Shown piece by piece: positions 17,532 through 28,480 of a DNA stretch of 64,000 nucleotides. Each line of letters opens with the position of its first letter. Position 1 is the stretch's first letter. A program made the position numbers and the translations under genes. The stretch comes from Dictyostelium discoideum (taxonomy: Eukaryota): NCBI GenBank assembly GCA_000004695.1, contig CM000151.3, forward strand, positions 2,560,001-2,624,000. The letters are read 5' to 3'. Under the pieces are notes generated by a model, which was not told the DNA's origin, searched no databases, and worked only from the letters and a program-made list of their open reading frames with translations.

Positions 17532-18303
17532 TTTTTAATTTATTTCTTAATTATTTTTTGTAAAAAAAAAAAAAAAAAAAAAAACTATTTTATATTTAAA
17601 TTTTTTATTTTTATTATTTTTGATTAGTACTATTTTTAGCCCTGTACAAAAAAAAAAAAATAAAAAAATAAAAATAAAAAAAAAAAAAATAAAAATTTTT
17701 CATATAAGATTATTTATGATAAAAATTGGATTTGTGGTGTTGGTGCAAAAATTATTTAAATAAAATATCTTTTTTTTTTTAAAATAATTAAACCCATTTT
17801 ACCACTAAAAAAAATATCTTTTTTTTGATTGTTATTTTTTAAAGAAAATCTTTTTGATTTCGTTTAGACAAAGCCATTTTTTTTTTTTTTTTTTTATAAT
17901 TATAAGAAAATTTTTTGATTAAAAAAAAAAAAAAGAAAAAAAAAAAATCCAAAAAATAGAATGATTAAATGTATTATATCATATGTAATTTGTTTTCACA
18001 GTAATAAAAACTTTCAAATATAAATTTGACACTTTAAAAAATTGAAGTTTTTTTTTTTTTTTTTTTTTTTTTTAATAATGATTTAATTTGTTTTTTATTC
18101 ATATGAATAAACTAAATTCAAAATTTAGTTTAAAAAATAATAAAAATAAAAAAATAATAAACAGAAAAATTTCTGCATTAAATTATTTTTTTCATTTTTT
18201 TTTATTTTTTTTTTTTTTTTTTTAATTTTTTTTTTTTTTAATTTACTTTTCCTACTTCCAATTTTAAAATTAAAAAAACAAACTTAATAGTCAATAAAAA
18301 ACA

Positions 18304-19413
18304 ATGACACTAACCAAAAAGTTAGCGGTTTCACAATTCATAACAACATCAAAGAATGATTATTATCATTTATTCTTAAATGGATCATTCTTTTTATATT
18401 ATATAATAATAGCTTTATTATTTTGTTTTTTCATTATTTTTAAAAGATATAGATCACCAAAAACAATAATTATTTCATTATGTTGTATTGTTAAAGTTTT
18501 CTTTTCATCATTATTTTTAACAGATTTTTTAAATTTTATTGATAATCAAAAATATAATTATTCAAAAAATTCATTTTATTTCAGTAAATTATTAAAATCA
18601 TTATCAACAATATCATCGATAACAACATCATCAACATTAAATTCATTTCACTTTTACTTATTTATATCATTTATAACATTTGCATTATATTTTATAATAT
18701 CATATAAACTATATGGTATAGTTTATAAGAAATCTGAAAACGAAATTAATAATGGTGGAATTATAAATGAAATTAGAAATAAATTATTAAATACAATTTT
18801 CAAAGGTAGAAGAGTTGCAATCGTTGAATTGATAGCATTGGTTTGGATATTTAGTTTACTATTTATGATTTTACAATCATCATTATTTGAAACATCAAAT
18901 ATTGAATCAGGAAAGAGTAAAAAAGTTTTAATATTTTCATTATTATCTTTAATTTCATTTGGTTATTTATTATTAAATATTAGAACTAGATCAAAGAATT
19001 TACAAATTTCAAGAAATTCATTTTTAGATAATCATTCAACAACAACAACAGCAATTAAAAATAAAGTAACATTTGAATTGTTTAATTTAGAGATTTCAAA
19101 AGATATTGTTATAACAAAATTAAATGATTCATTCGCACAATTCATTTATTATTCAACAATGTATTATTTTTCAATTACATTGGTTTATTATAGTATAACA
19201 ATATCAAGTGGATTTTGGAAATTAGCTTTAGATGGAGTATCTCCAACTTTTTCACTTGCAATTTCAACTTATCAAGCAATTGCAAATGTTTTACCAATAA
19301 TTGATATCATTTTCACAATAACTTTTATTATACATTCTATCACTTTAATAAATTATTCAAATCAAATTTATGAAATCGATAAAGTAATAATAAATAAAAA
19401 TAAATCAAAATAA
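18304..19413 (+). CDS. Predicted multi-pass integral membrane protein (369 aa), function unknown.
   Basis: ATG at 18304 and TAA at 19411-19413. There are at least 7 hydrophobic 20-25 residue segments (LYYIIIALLFCFFIIF, IISLCCIVKVFFSSLFL, FHFYLFISFITFALYFIISY, VELIALVWIFSLLFMIL and others) separated by short polar loops. No recognisable family motif. Confidence 0.5.
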   Translation: MTLTKKLAVSQFITTSKNDYYHLFLNGSFFLYYIIIALLFCFFIIFKRYRSPKTIIISLCCIVKVFFSSLFLTDFLNFIDNQKYNYSKNSFYFSKLLKSLSTISSITTSSTLNSFHFYLFISFITFALYFIISYKLYGIVYKKSENEINNGGIINEIRNKLLNTIFKGRRVAIVELIALVWIFSLLFMILQSSLFETSNIESGKSKKVLIFSLLSLISFGYLLLNIRTRSKNLQISRNSFLDNHSTTTTAIKNKVTFELFNLEISKDIVITKLNDSFAQFIYYSTMYYFSITLVYYSITISSGFWKLALDGVSPTFSLAISTYQAIANVLPIIDIIFTITFIIHSITLINYSNQIYEIDKVIINKNKSK

Positions 19414-20389
19414 AACAAAATAATAATTATATTTCAAAAAATAAATAAATAAATAAATAATTATTTATTGATTGTACTTTATTTTTAGAAATTGGTTTAT
19501 TTTTAATTAATTAATTAATTAATTTAGAAATTTGTTCATTTTTATTTTTATCAATTGATATTTGTGATAGTGTGTGTGTGTGATTTATTATTTTTGTGTG
19601 TGTTTACTTGTTTTTTTTTTCATTTTTATTTTTATTTTTTTTATTTTTATTTTTTTTTTTTTTGGGAGTTGTTTTATTGTTTTATTTGTTTTCTTTGTTA
19701 TTTTGGATATATTGAAAATATCAAATTTGATTTAATATTGCAACAACACAACACCCACTTACAATTTTAGGGGATTTATTGCCATATTTAGTAAATTAAA
19801 AAATTTATATAAACATATTCTAATTTTTATTAAAGTAAAAAATTATATTTAAGACCACACCCTATTTCTAACATATCAGTTACCTAAATAGCACCAACAA
19901 TGATTACAACAAAATACCTGAAATTATAAAAATGGATTTTCAATTTTTAGTTTATTTTTTTTTTTTTTTTTGAAGGTGTAAAAAAGGTGGGTTAGTTCCC
20001 CAAATGTACACACAAAAAAAAAAAAAAATAAATAATTAATAAATAATAAAAAAAAAAATTGAAAATAAAAAATATATTTATAGCAATTATAACAATGCTC
20101 CCACACAGCAACAATTAAATTGTTTATCTTTTTTTTATTTTATTTTTTTTTTTTTAAATTTTTTTCTTCAACAAATCTTGATATAATCAAATTATTATTA
20201 TTAATAATAAAAATTATTTATTTATTATTTATTTTTAATTATTGTTTTTTTTTATTATTACTGTTTTTATTTTTTTTATTTTTAATAATAGAAATAATAA
20301 TAATTTTCAAAATTATTTATTATTAAGCAATTGATCAAAATAAATAAAAGATTAATTAATTAAATAAAAATTTCACATATACAAAAAAA

Positions 20390-20443
20390 TAAATTAAAAA
20401 TAAATTAAAAATAAATTAAAAATAAATTAAAAATAAATTAAAA
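20390..20443. repeat. Tandem 11-mer (TAAATTAAAAA) x5, immediately 5' of the GTPase gene.
   Basis: Read directly at 20390-20443. It ends about 20 nt before the ATG at 20465. Confidence 0.8.
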
Positions 20444-20464
20444 ATAAAAAAAAAAAAAAATAAA

Positions 20465-20661
20465 ATGTGCAAAAAATTGAATATTTGTTTTTTAGGAGAT
20501 AAATGTGTTGGAAAGACAAGCACAATACACACAATGGTAAATTCTTTTTTTGATGACGAAAAATATAGCCCCACAATAGAATCAAAATTTACAAAACTAT
20601 TTTCATATAAAGTTTTATATAATTTAAATATATATGATACAGGTAAATATTTTTTTGTTTG

Positions 20662-20693
<32 letters not shown>

Positions 20694-21232
20694 CAATATT
20701 AATATTGATATTTTTTTTATTATTATTTTTTTATTATTAAAAAAAAGCCGGATCAATTGAGATGGAAAGTATATTATTAGATACAATTAAACAATGTGAT
20801 TGTTTTGTAATAATGTATTCAATATCTGATAGAGATTCATATGATTCAATTTATAAATATAGAGATTTAATTAAAGAAGCATTCCCATTTAAAGATAATA
20901 TACCCATTATATTATGTGCCAATAAAAACGATTTAAAATGGGAATCACAATTTTCACATAATGAAATTATTGATATTTCAAAATCATTTGGAAAACCATC
21001 AACAATTTCTTCGGCTAAATGTTTAAATTCTGTTATAAACACTTTCAAATTATTATTAGATATTGTTCAAAGAAATGAAAAACAAATTAAAAAAGATATA
21101 AAAAAGTATGAAAAAAATTTAAAAAGGAATGATAAATTAGAATTTGATTTAGAAAAAAAGAAATCAATTTTTAAACATGTTTTATTACAAATTAAATATC
21201 ATAAATTAGTTTTAAATAATTTAATTAATTAA
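20465..21232 (+). CDS. Divergent Ras-superfamily small GTPase (about 220 aa); join(20465..20642,20748..21232).
   Basis: Core motifs are present: P-loop GDKCVGKTS, switch I YSPTIES, DTAG, NKND in ILCANKNDL, and SAK. The DTAG motif is split by a phase-1 intron, with a GTAAAT donor at 20643 and an AG acceptor at 20746-20747. Without splicing the ORF stops. The catalytic Gln is replaced by Ser (DTAGS). There is a Lys-rich coiled C-terminal extension and no CAAX cysteine. Confidence 0.75.
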
Positions 21233-21379
21233 AATTTTTTAAAAAATTAAATTTTAATTTATATATATATATTTATTAAAAAAAGTTAAAAGAATAAAAT
21301 TTTTTTTTTAAATTAATTTTTGTTTTATTATTTTTTTTTATTACTATTTAATTTTAATTTTAATTTTTTTTTTTTTTTT

Positions 21380-21445
21380 TTAATTATTATTAATAATATA
21401 TGTAGTTGTTGTAGTTGTAGTTGATATTAAAGTGATTGTATTGGA

Positions 21446-21489
<44 letters not shown>

Positions 21490-22813
21490 CATTTGATAAA
21501 ATTGTTGAATTTGTTGATTGATCATTTGGTAATGGTTTTGGTAATGGTAAGTTATAAGATTTTGGTAATGTTATTGATTTAATTGTTGATGGAAGTATTG
21601 ATGGTAATGGTTTATTAAAATTTATACCAAATTCAATTTCAATTAAATTTGGGGGTAAATTTAATAATGGTTGATTAAAGTCATTTCCAAATTTAATAAA
21701 AGTTAATTGATAAAATTGTGATAAATTTCCTAATGATTTATTAAAATCATTACCAAATGTAATTGATTTTAAAGTATCTTTTGGTAAAATGGTTGCACCA
21801 GTGCCATTAATTATAATATCTTGATTAAAACTATCACCAAATGACAGTATTGAAACTTTTGAAGGGATGGATAATTTTTGATTGAAATCATTTCCAAATT
21901 TTAAATAAGTTAAAAATGGTGATAAATCACCTGGTTCAATGATTTGATTAAATGAATCACCAAATGTTAAATGGTATAAAACTTTTGGAATTGGGGACCA
22001 TTTTAAAGGTAAATTATACTTATTACCCAATTGCAAGAATCTGACAGTTGATGGAATTGAATCCTTAACGAATGGTGCAGTATAGTCATTACCAAATTGA
22101 ATTTTGATAACTCCCAATGGAATAACATTTGCCGGTAAAAACCAATTAAATTCATCACCAAATATAATGGTTATCACAGTATTTGGTATCACTCCTTCAC
22201 CAATTGGCATATTATACTTCTTTCCAAATTCAATTCTATGTAAATTACCACCTTCATTTTGAAAGAAGCCTTTTGGAATATGTTTATTAAATTGTTCACC
22301 AAATTCAATAATTTTTAAAAACTTTGGAACTGTACCTTCTAATAATATTGAATTATAACTATCACCATAACATAATACTTCAACTTGTTCTGATAATTCA
22401 CCAACTTTAATTGGTTTATCTTTAAATCTTAAAAAATGTTTTTTTTCTAACTTTTTATATAAATTATTATCATCACTATTAATAATATTGTTGTTTTCAT
22501 TATTATTTATTAAATTTCTATAATTTCTATTATAAGTTGTAATTTCAATTTTAACTGTTATATCGGTTTTACTATTAGTTTCATTTGCAAGTTTTAAGAT
22601 TTTTTTATATTCAGTATCAAATTTTGAACTATAATCATCTTCTTCATCTTCCTCTTCTTCAAATTTTCCTTCCTCTTCTTCATTTTCTTCTCCTTCTTCT
22701 TCTTCATATAAATTATCATCCCCAAAATTATTATTTTCATCACTTTCATTATCTACAAAAAATTCATCTCTTATTTGATTTTGATCTTCATTAATATTAA
22801 TTAATTGTACCAT
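21380..22813 (-). CDS. FNIP-repeat-containing protein with an acidic N-terminus (477 aa), single exon.
   Basis: ATG at 22813 (complement) and TAA at 21380-21382. N-terminal EEEEGEENEEEE and a poly-N tract precede about 12 FNIP units (FGDSFNQ.., FGNDFNQPL.., LPxxLxxIxFG..). There is a C-terminal poly-N/poly-T tail. Confidence 0.8.
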
Positions 22814-23067
22814 TCTCTTTTTTTCTTTTTTTTTTTTATTTTATTTTATTTTTTTTTTTATATTTTTTTATTTTTATTTGGATATTTTTTTTTTTTTTTT
22901 TTTATTTATTTTTTTTATTCTATTATTTTTTATATAATATTTTTAATTTTTATTATTTTTTGTTTTTTATAAATTTTTTTTTTTAAATATTCATATAAAT
23001 TTAATTTTTTAATATTTAGTATTTTAATAATAAATAATTAAAGACAAAAATTGTAATCATTGTTTTT

Positions 23068-23104
<37 letters not shown>

Positions 23105-23404
23105 CAAATTTTTAAACAATAATACAAATTTTTATATATATTTAGAATTATTTAATTTGTAAAAATATTCAATCTAACACACCAGTATATATGCATTTTT
23201 GCACATATAAACAAAACAGTAACAAGAACCCCCACTTTAAAATAATAATGTGTTAGAAAAAATAAATAAAAATAAAAAAAAAAATAAATTTAAAAAAAAA
23301 AAAAAAAAAAACATAAAAATAATAAATAAAATGGGTGTTGTTATTTATGATTCATCCTAAACGGTATTTAAATTATTTAATGCAGAGAAATTAGTATATA
23401 AAAA

Positions 23405-23450
<46 letters not shown>

Positions 23451-23645
23451 GGGTATAATTCTTAAAAATAATGGTGTTTTGGTTTAAATGTAGAATATTA
23501 TTTATATATATAATCAATCAAAAAAAATAAAAATATATGGGTAATTTCAGAAATAAATAAATACTCCCAAACAACATGCATCGTATTATAAATACAGATT
23601 TATAAAAACGTGTAAAAAAAATAATTAATCTACAATCAAGTAATC

Positions 23646-23710
<65 letters not shown>

Positions 23711-23910
23711 CAAATTATTCAAAAAAAAAAATAAAAAATAAATAGTAAATAATAAATAATAAATTTTCAAACTCATTTCATTATCTGATAATTCTGAAAT
23801 TCTTTTTTTAGTTTTTATTTTATTTTAAACAAATCATATCTGATCATTTTTTTTTTTCACTTTTTTTCCATTTTTTTTTTTTTTCCTTTTTTTTTTAATT
23901 TTTTTTTTTT

Positions 23911-23970
23911 ATTTTATTTTATTTTATTTTATTTTATTTTATTTTATTTTATTTTATTTTATTTTATTTT
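23911..23970. repeat. (ATTTT)12 pentanucleotide microsatellite, 12 nt upstream of the ATG at 23982.
   Basis: Read directly. Confidence 0.85.
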
Positions 23971-23981
23971 ATAATTAAATA

Positions 23982-24549
23982 ATGGAAGAAAGAAAAAAAA
24001 ATTATATTGAAGATTTTGATTGGTTTAATATGTATTTTAAAGAAATTGAATACAGTGAAAATGATTGTGTAATTGGTCAATGTAAAAGATGTAATTCTAT
24101 TTTTAAAACCTATTCAAAAAGAAATTTTGAACTTAATGATTTTGTTTTTCATATTAGTATGTTATATATTTTTTTTATTTTTTCCAAATTTAATAAAAAA
24201 AAAAAAAAAATATATTAATTATTTAATTTTACAAAAAATTATTTTAAAAGATACTCATTTAGAAAATGATATTAAAAAAAAACCAAAAAACAATTATATA
24301 AGAATAAAAGGTAAAAAATATATTCAAGATAAGGAAGGTCATACATTTTTTTATAATCATTTTATTCAATCAGCAACATGTAGTGGAGTTTTAGGTGGTT
24401 CATGTAAGAAATGTGATGAATATATAGAAACCTATGAAGAAATAGATTATTGTTTAGAAAAATTTGAAAATCATTTAAGTATGTATCTTTTTTTTAAATT
24501 TTTTATAAAAAAAAAACAAAAACAATGTCACCCCCCATACAAATCCTAA
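23982..24549 (+). CDS. Small protein with two tandem BED-like Cys/His modules; provisional join(23982..24156,24251..24549). A further intron at 24479 is possible.
   Basis: Exon 1 (MEERKKNYIEDFDWFNMYFKEIEYSENDCVIGQCKRCNSIF..FHI) is followed by a phase-1 GTATGT donor at 24157. The AG acceptor is at 24249-24250, giving exon 2 (THLEN..GHTFFYNHFIQSATCSGVLGGSCKKCDEYIETYEEIDYCLEKFENHLS). Both modules follow the pattern W/F..F..C-x2-4-C..C..(F/L)xxHx. Each module is followed by a near-identical GTATGTxT element, which suggests duplication of an exon-plus-donor unit. The 3' end is uncertain: either read-through to TAA 24547-24549 or an unplaced further exon. Confidence 0.35.
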
Positions 24550-24593
24550 ACACCTTAAATTTTTATTATTCACACAAACAAACATTTTCTAAT

Positions 24594-24624
<31 letters not shown>

Positions 24625-24693
24625 GATTATCATGGTTCTTATACAGAATATTTTTTTTCATTTTTTAATAAAAAATAATAATAATAATTTTAT

Positions 24694-26199
24694 TTATAAA
24701 TATTTAGTTTTAATTGGTGTATATTCCATTGGAAAATCAGGTTTTAAATGTTGTGGTAAAAATGAAGATAAATAATTATGATTCTTTTTATCTAATCTAA
24801 AATAATCATTTGAAGAAATTGAATTTAAAATTACATCATCACTAAAATTTGATCTGAATTTCTCTAAAATAGTAGCCAATTGAAATCGATATTGTGGCAT
24901 ATTTCTACAACAAAAATGGAAACCTTTATCTGAACAACCTTGATTACCATTCTTAACTAACCAATTGAAAATATCGAACCTACCTGAAAACAACGCATTA
25001 TCCATAACGGTTGTGGTTATTGTAAATATTGAATTAAAGTATTGGTTTCCACTTAAATATTTCATCATTTCCAATGACGATTGATTATGGTCATAACAAA
25101 TGTTTGATGAAATATCACCAATGAATGAAATAATACAAGTTTTACCATTTTTAAAATTTGATAGTTTTTCATAAACTTCTATATCCCCAATTGTCTCTTT
25201 TAACGATAAATCGTCATCTTCATCATCGGTGGCGGTGGTATTATTAAATAAATTCAATTTTTTGCAATAATAATCTAAAATTTCTTTATCACATCTGTAT
25301 ACTAATAAATATAAAAAACAATATTTATTTATAAATGGTGAAGTTTTAATTGAACTGAATTTATTACTAAAATAATCTTGATTTTCTAATAATAATTTCA
25401 ACAAATCAAATGAACCAAATTTAATAGTTTCAATAATAACTGTCGTTGTTAATTTTAATTGTTCATTATTAAACATTTGAAAAATGAATTTTATAAATTC
25501 CAAATTTAAATTATTACCACACGTTTTTATAATTGATACAATTGTATCTTCATTTTTTAAATAATTTTTTAAAATTTCAACATTATTTGATTTTTCTATT
25601 AATTCTTTAAAAAATTCAAAATCATTAAATTTAATTACAAGATTAATTTGTTGAAAATTTGAATTATTTATTAAATTATTATTTTTATTATTATTATTAT
25701 TATTATTTTTATTTAATTTTTCATCAATTAATAATAAATATTTAAAAAATTGATAATTTTCTTGACAACACACAAAATCAATTGAAATTTTTGTAATTTC
25801 AAAACTTTTTTCTTCAATTAAATATTTAATAATTAATTCATTTTTTGATTTCATTGAACTAAATAATGATTGTGAATTATTAAATTGTTGAATTGGTGTT
25901 AAATTTTCAAAAAATGATGGTACTTGACAAATTAAAATTTTTAAAATTTCAATTGATTGATTAAATTCTAGAAATCTTTGTAATAATGGATATGTTAATT
26001 GTTTTCTTTTATTTGCTTGGATTTTAAATATATAAATTAATAATTGAAAATGATTATTCATTACTATCCATTTAACTCCACATTGATTAAATTTCTTTAC
26101 TATAAATTTATTCTCTTTATTTATTATTGAAACTGATTCAAATATTTTATTTCTTAAATATTTATTATTAAATACTTTTTTAAATAATTGATAATCCAT
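24694..26199 (-). CDS. Hypothetical protein (501 aa), Asn/Lys/Phe-rich, no recognised domain.
   Basis: ATG at 26199 (complement) and TAA at 24694-24696. The continuous ORF has Dictyostelium-like codon usage and an internal poly-N tract. N-terminus MDYQLFKKVFNNKYLRNKIFESV. Confidence 0.55.
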   Translation of the reverse strand: MDYQLFKKVFNNKYLRNKIFESVSIINKENKFIVKKFNQCGVKWIVMNNHFQLLIYIFKIQANKRKQLTYPLLQRFLEFNQSIEILKILICQVPSFFENLTPIQQFNNSQSLFSSMKSKNELIIKYLIEEKSFEITKISIDFVCCQENYQFFKYLLLIDEKLNKNNNNNNNKNNNLINNSNFQQINLVIKFNDFEFFKELIEKSNNVEILKNYLKNEDTIVSIIKTCGNNLNLEFIKFIFQMFNNEQLKLTTTVIIETIKFGSFDLLKLLLENQDYFSNKFSSIKTSPFINKYCFLYLLVYRCDKEILDYYCKKLNLFNNTTATDDEDDDLSLKETIGDIEVYEKLSNFKNGKTCIISFIGDISSNICYDHNQSSLEMMKYLSGNQYFNSIFTITTTVMDNALFSGRFDIFNWLVKNGNQGCSDKGFHFCCRNMPQYRFQLATILEKFRSNFSDDVILNSISSNDYFRLDKKNHNYLSSFLPQHLKPDFPMEYTPIKTKYL

Positions 26200-26260
26200 T
26201 TTTAATTGATGATAAATAAAAAAAATAAAAAAAGTTTTTTTTTCCCCATTTGACCCAATG

Positions 26261-26291
<31 letters not shown>

Positions 26292-26709
26292 AAAAACAAA
26301 AGAAATCAAATTTGATTTCAAAGAAAATTTAAAAATAAAACATTTTTTAGTGTTGGTGTTTTTTATTATAAAAAAAAAAAAAAGTTTTTAATGTGTGAAA
26401 AAACTAATAATGATTTATTAATAAATTAATCATTATTATTTTAGTTATTTTATTTTTATTTTTTTTTTTGATAAAGTAATGTGTCAAAGTATTGTTTAAT
26501 GTTATGTCTGTAAGTTTGTTGTTTAATTTTGTCATTTTTTGTTATTAGTTGATTTGTTTGTTTTGTTTTTGTTATTTTTGTTTTTGTTTTTGTTTTTGTT
26601 TGTTATTATTTTAAAAAGATATAATTTTATATACAAATTTTTATAATATATATATATGAAAATTAATAATTAATAAAAAAAAAAAAAAAAAAATTTATAT
26701 GAAAATTTA

Positions 26710-28126
26710 TTAATTTAATTTACTATTTGTAGATGGATGAATTATTGTAGTTGAGGCTAAAGAAGAAGTAGTGGTGGTAGTAGTATTACTATAATTATTA
26801 TAATTATTGATATTATTAACATGTGGTAAAGAAAAACCTAATTTACAATTTAATCTATGATAAATTTCGTCTAAAATTGTTTTATAACAAAATAGATATT
26901 GTTCTAATTGTTGAACCATTCCAGGACGTTGCTCTCTAAGTTTCAAAACTATTGAAAATAAATTAAAATCGATTCTACTATTATATTTATCCATTATTGC
27001 ATATTTTAAGTCAGATTCTGCTGCGTCATCATCATCTTCCTCATTATTTGGTTCAGTTTGTGGCGTATTATTTGAACCATTTGAATTATTATTAATATTA
27101 TTATTATTATTTAAATTATTATTATTATTATTATTTATACCATTACTATTATAAATTGAAGATTTAAAATGATAACCAAGTCCTTTTAAATCTAAATTAT
27201 CACTTTGATATTCAGTGATTGGTAAATGAGTGAAAGGATCAACGACTTGATCAATTGGAGTAGCATCCAATTGTTTAAAGTAATGGTCCAACTTTTTCAT
27301 CATAATGACGGCTGTACAAAAGGTGCCGGTTCTACCAACTCCTGCACTACAATGAACGATGATTGGAACATTTCTATCTGATGATGGTATGATTTGATTT
27401 TGACGATTTGTGATACTATGTAACAACTGACGGAATGGTTGAGTGTGATCTGGGATGTTATGATCTGGCCAACCTTCATATTGATATTGAGTGATATCTC
27501 TTGTCTCACCCTCAAATGTAAGTCTAATGTTTCTTGTGATTATCTCTCTCTCTGGATCTTGGATAACCTCAACCAATTCGACACTGTATGTGCCAAATAC
27601 TTCATTACCATTACCATATATTGAAAATTGTTCACCTCCAATTTGTTCTGGCCAATATCTATCACATTTTATTCTACAGTTTTCAGACTCTCTTGAAAGC
27701 ATAACAATAATACGACATCGATTTTCCCATACCATTCTCCAAAAATCAGCAATTGTATTTGGTAATGGTCCTTGTGTACAAATAAATTGTTTTGGGTATG
27801 CTCCCTTTTTATTATTAATAAAAAATAAAAAATAAGAAAAAAATTAGAATTATATTATTAAAAAAAATTAATTAAATATATACTTACATCAATATAATTA
27901 GCATTAATATAATCTGAACCTTCTTTATCTTGAATCTTTTTTAATTGTACTCTTGTATGATTAACTGGTAAAATATTAGTATATCTATTCTTTGATGTGT
28001 TATGTTTTTTATCACCTTCACTGGTTTCACTTGGTCCAACAGATTCTTCCAATAACTATTTTTTTTTTTTTTAAAAAAAATGAAAATAAAAATAAAAAAT
28101 AAATAAAAGTAAGTCATTTTTGTTTT

Positions 28127-28162
<36 letters not shown>

Positions 28163-28480
28163 ATTAAAACTTACTCTAAATTCTTCTTTAATTTTATGAA
28201 TACATTTAATATGATTTTTTAAATTATAAATTGAAGATTTAATTCTTTCTTCATCAACAAGATCAAATGAACTATTATTGTAATAGGGTGAAGAAGAACC
28301 AGAATTTGTTGGTAATGAACCTAGTGATCCCATTCTACTGAATGAACTATGAGAAGAGGAACTTAATGATATTGAGCTATTGCTTCTAGTTGGTAATGGT
28401 CTCAATACACTAATATCAATCTTATTTGTTTTATTTTCAATGGATCCATTCATTTGATTTGAACTTTCAACTGATCCCAT
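26710..28480 (-). CDS. Non-receptor protein tyrosine phosphatase; model join(26710..27804,27888..28055,28175..28480), 522 aa. It is possibly the described Dictyostelium PTP1 (ptpA), which I recall as 522 aa, but this is not certain.
   Basis: Motifs from the N-terminal end: [15 protein letters not shown] (motif 1), then NANYID | [27 protein letters not shown], which is split by an intron with a GTAAGT donor at 27887 and an AAG acceptor before 27804. Next comes WPDH, and then the catalytic [13 protein letters not shown] signature. After the catalytic signature there is an Asn-rich acidic insertion of about 100 aa before the Q-loop QQLEQYLF. A second intron has a GTAAGT donor at 28174 and a TAG acceptor before 28055. 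The first in-frame ATG is at 28480. The frame stays open upstream to 28744 with no ATG; the track's M at 28711 is a GTG. Confidence 0.8.

Noticed and set aside
27300-27835. ORFs 27300-27515 (-), 27439-27624 (+), 27491-27835 (+), 20851-21048 (-), 30857-31144 (-), 32413-32610 (+), 45364-45567 (+), 46633-46845 (-), 54567-54752 (+), 55729-55995 (+), 58685-58948 (+), 59714-59908 (-), 63066-63410 (+).
   Set aside because: They are antisense or out-of-frame ORFs nested in well-supported genes (PTP, GTPase, PDAP1, GRP170, glycoprotein, Nup205, NHL protein), and each has a low-complexity translation.
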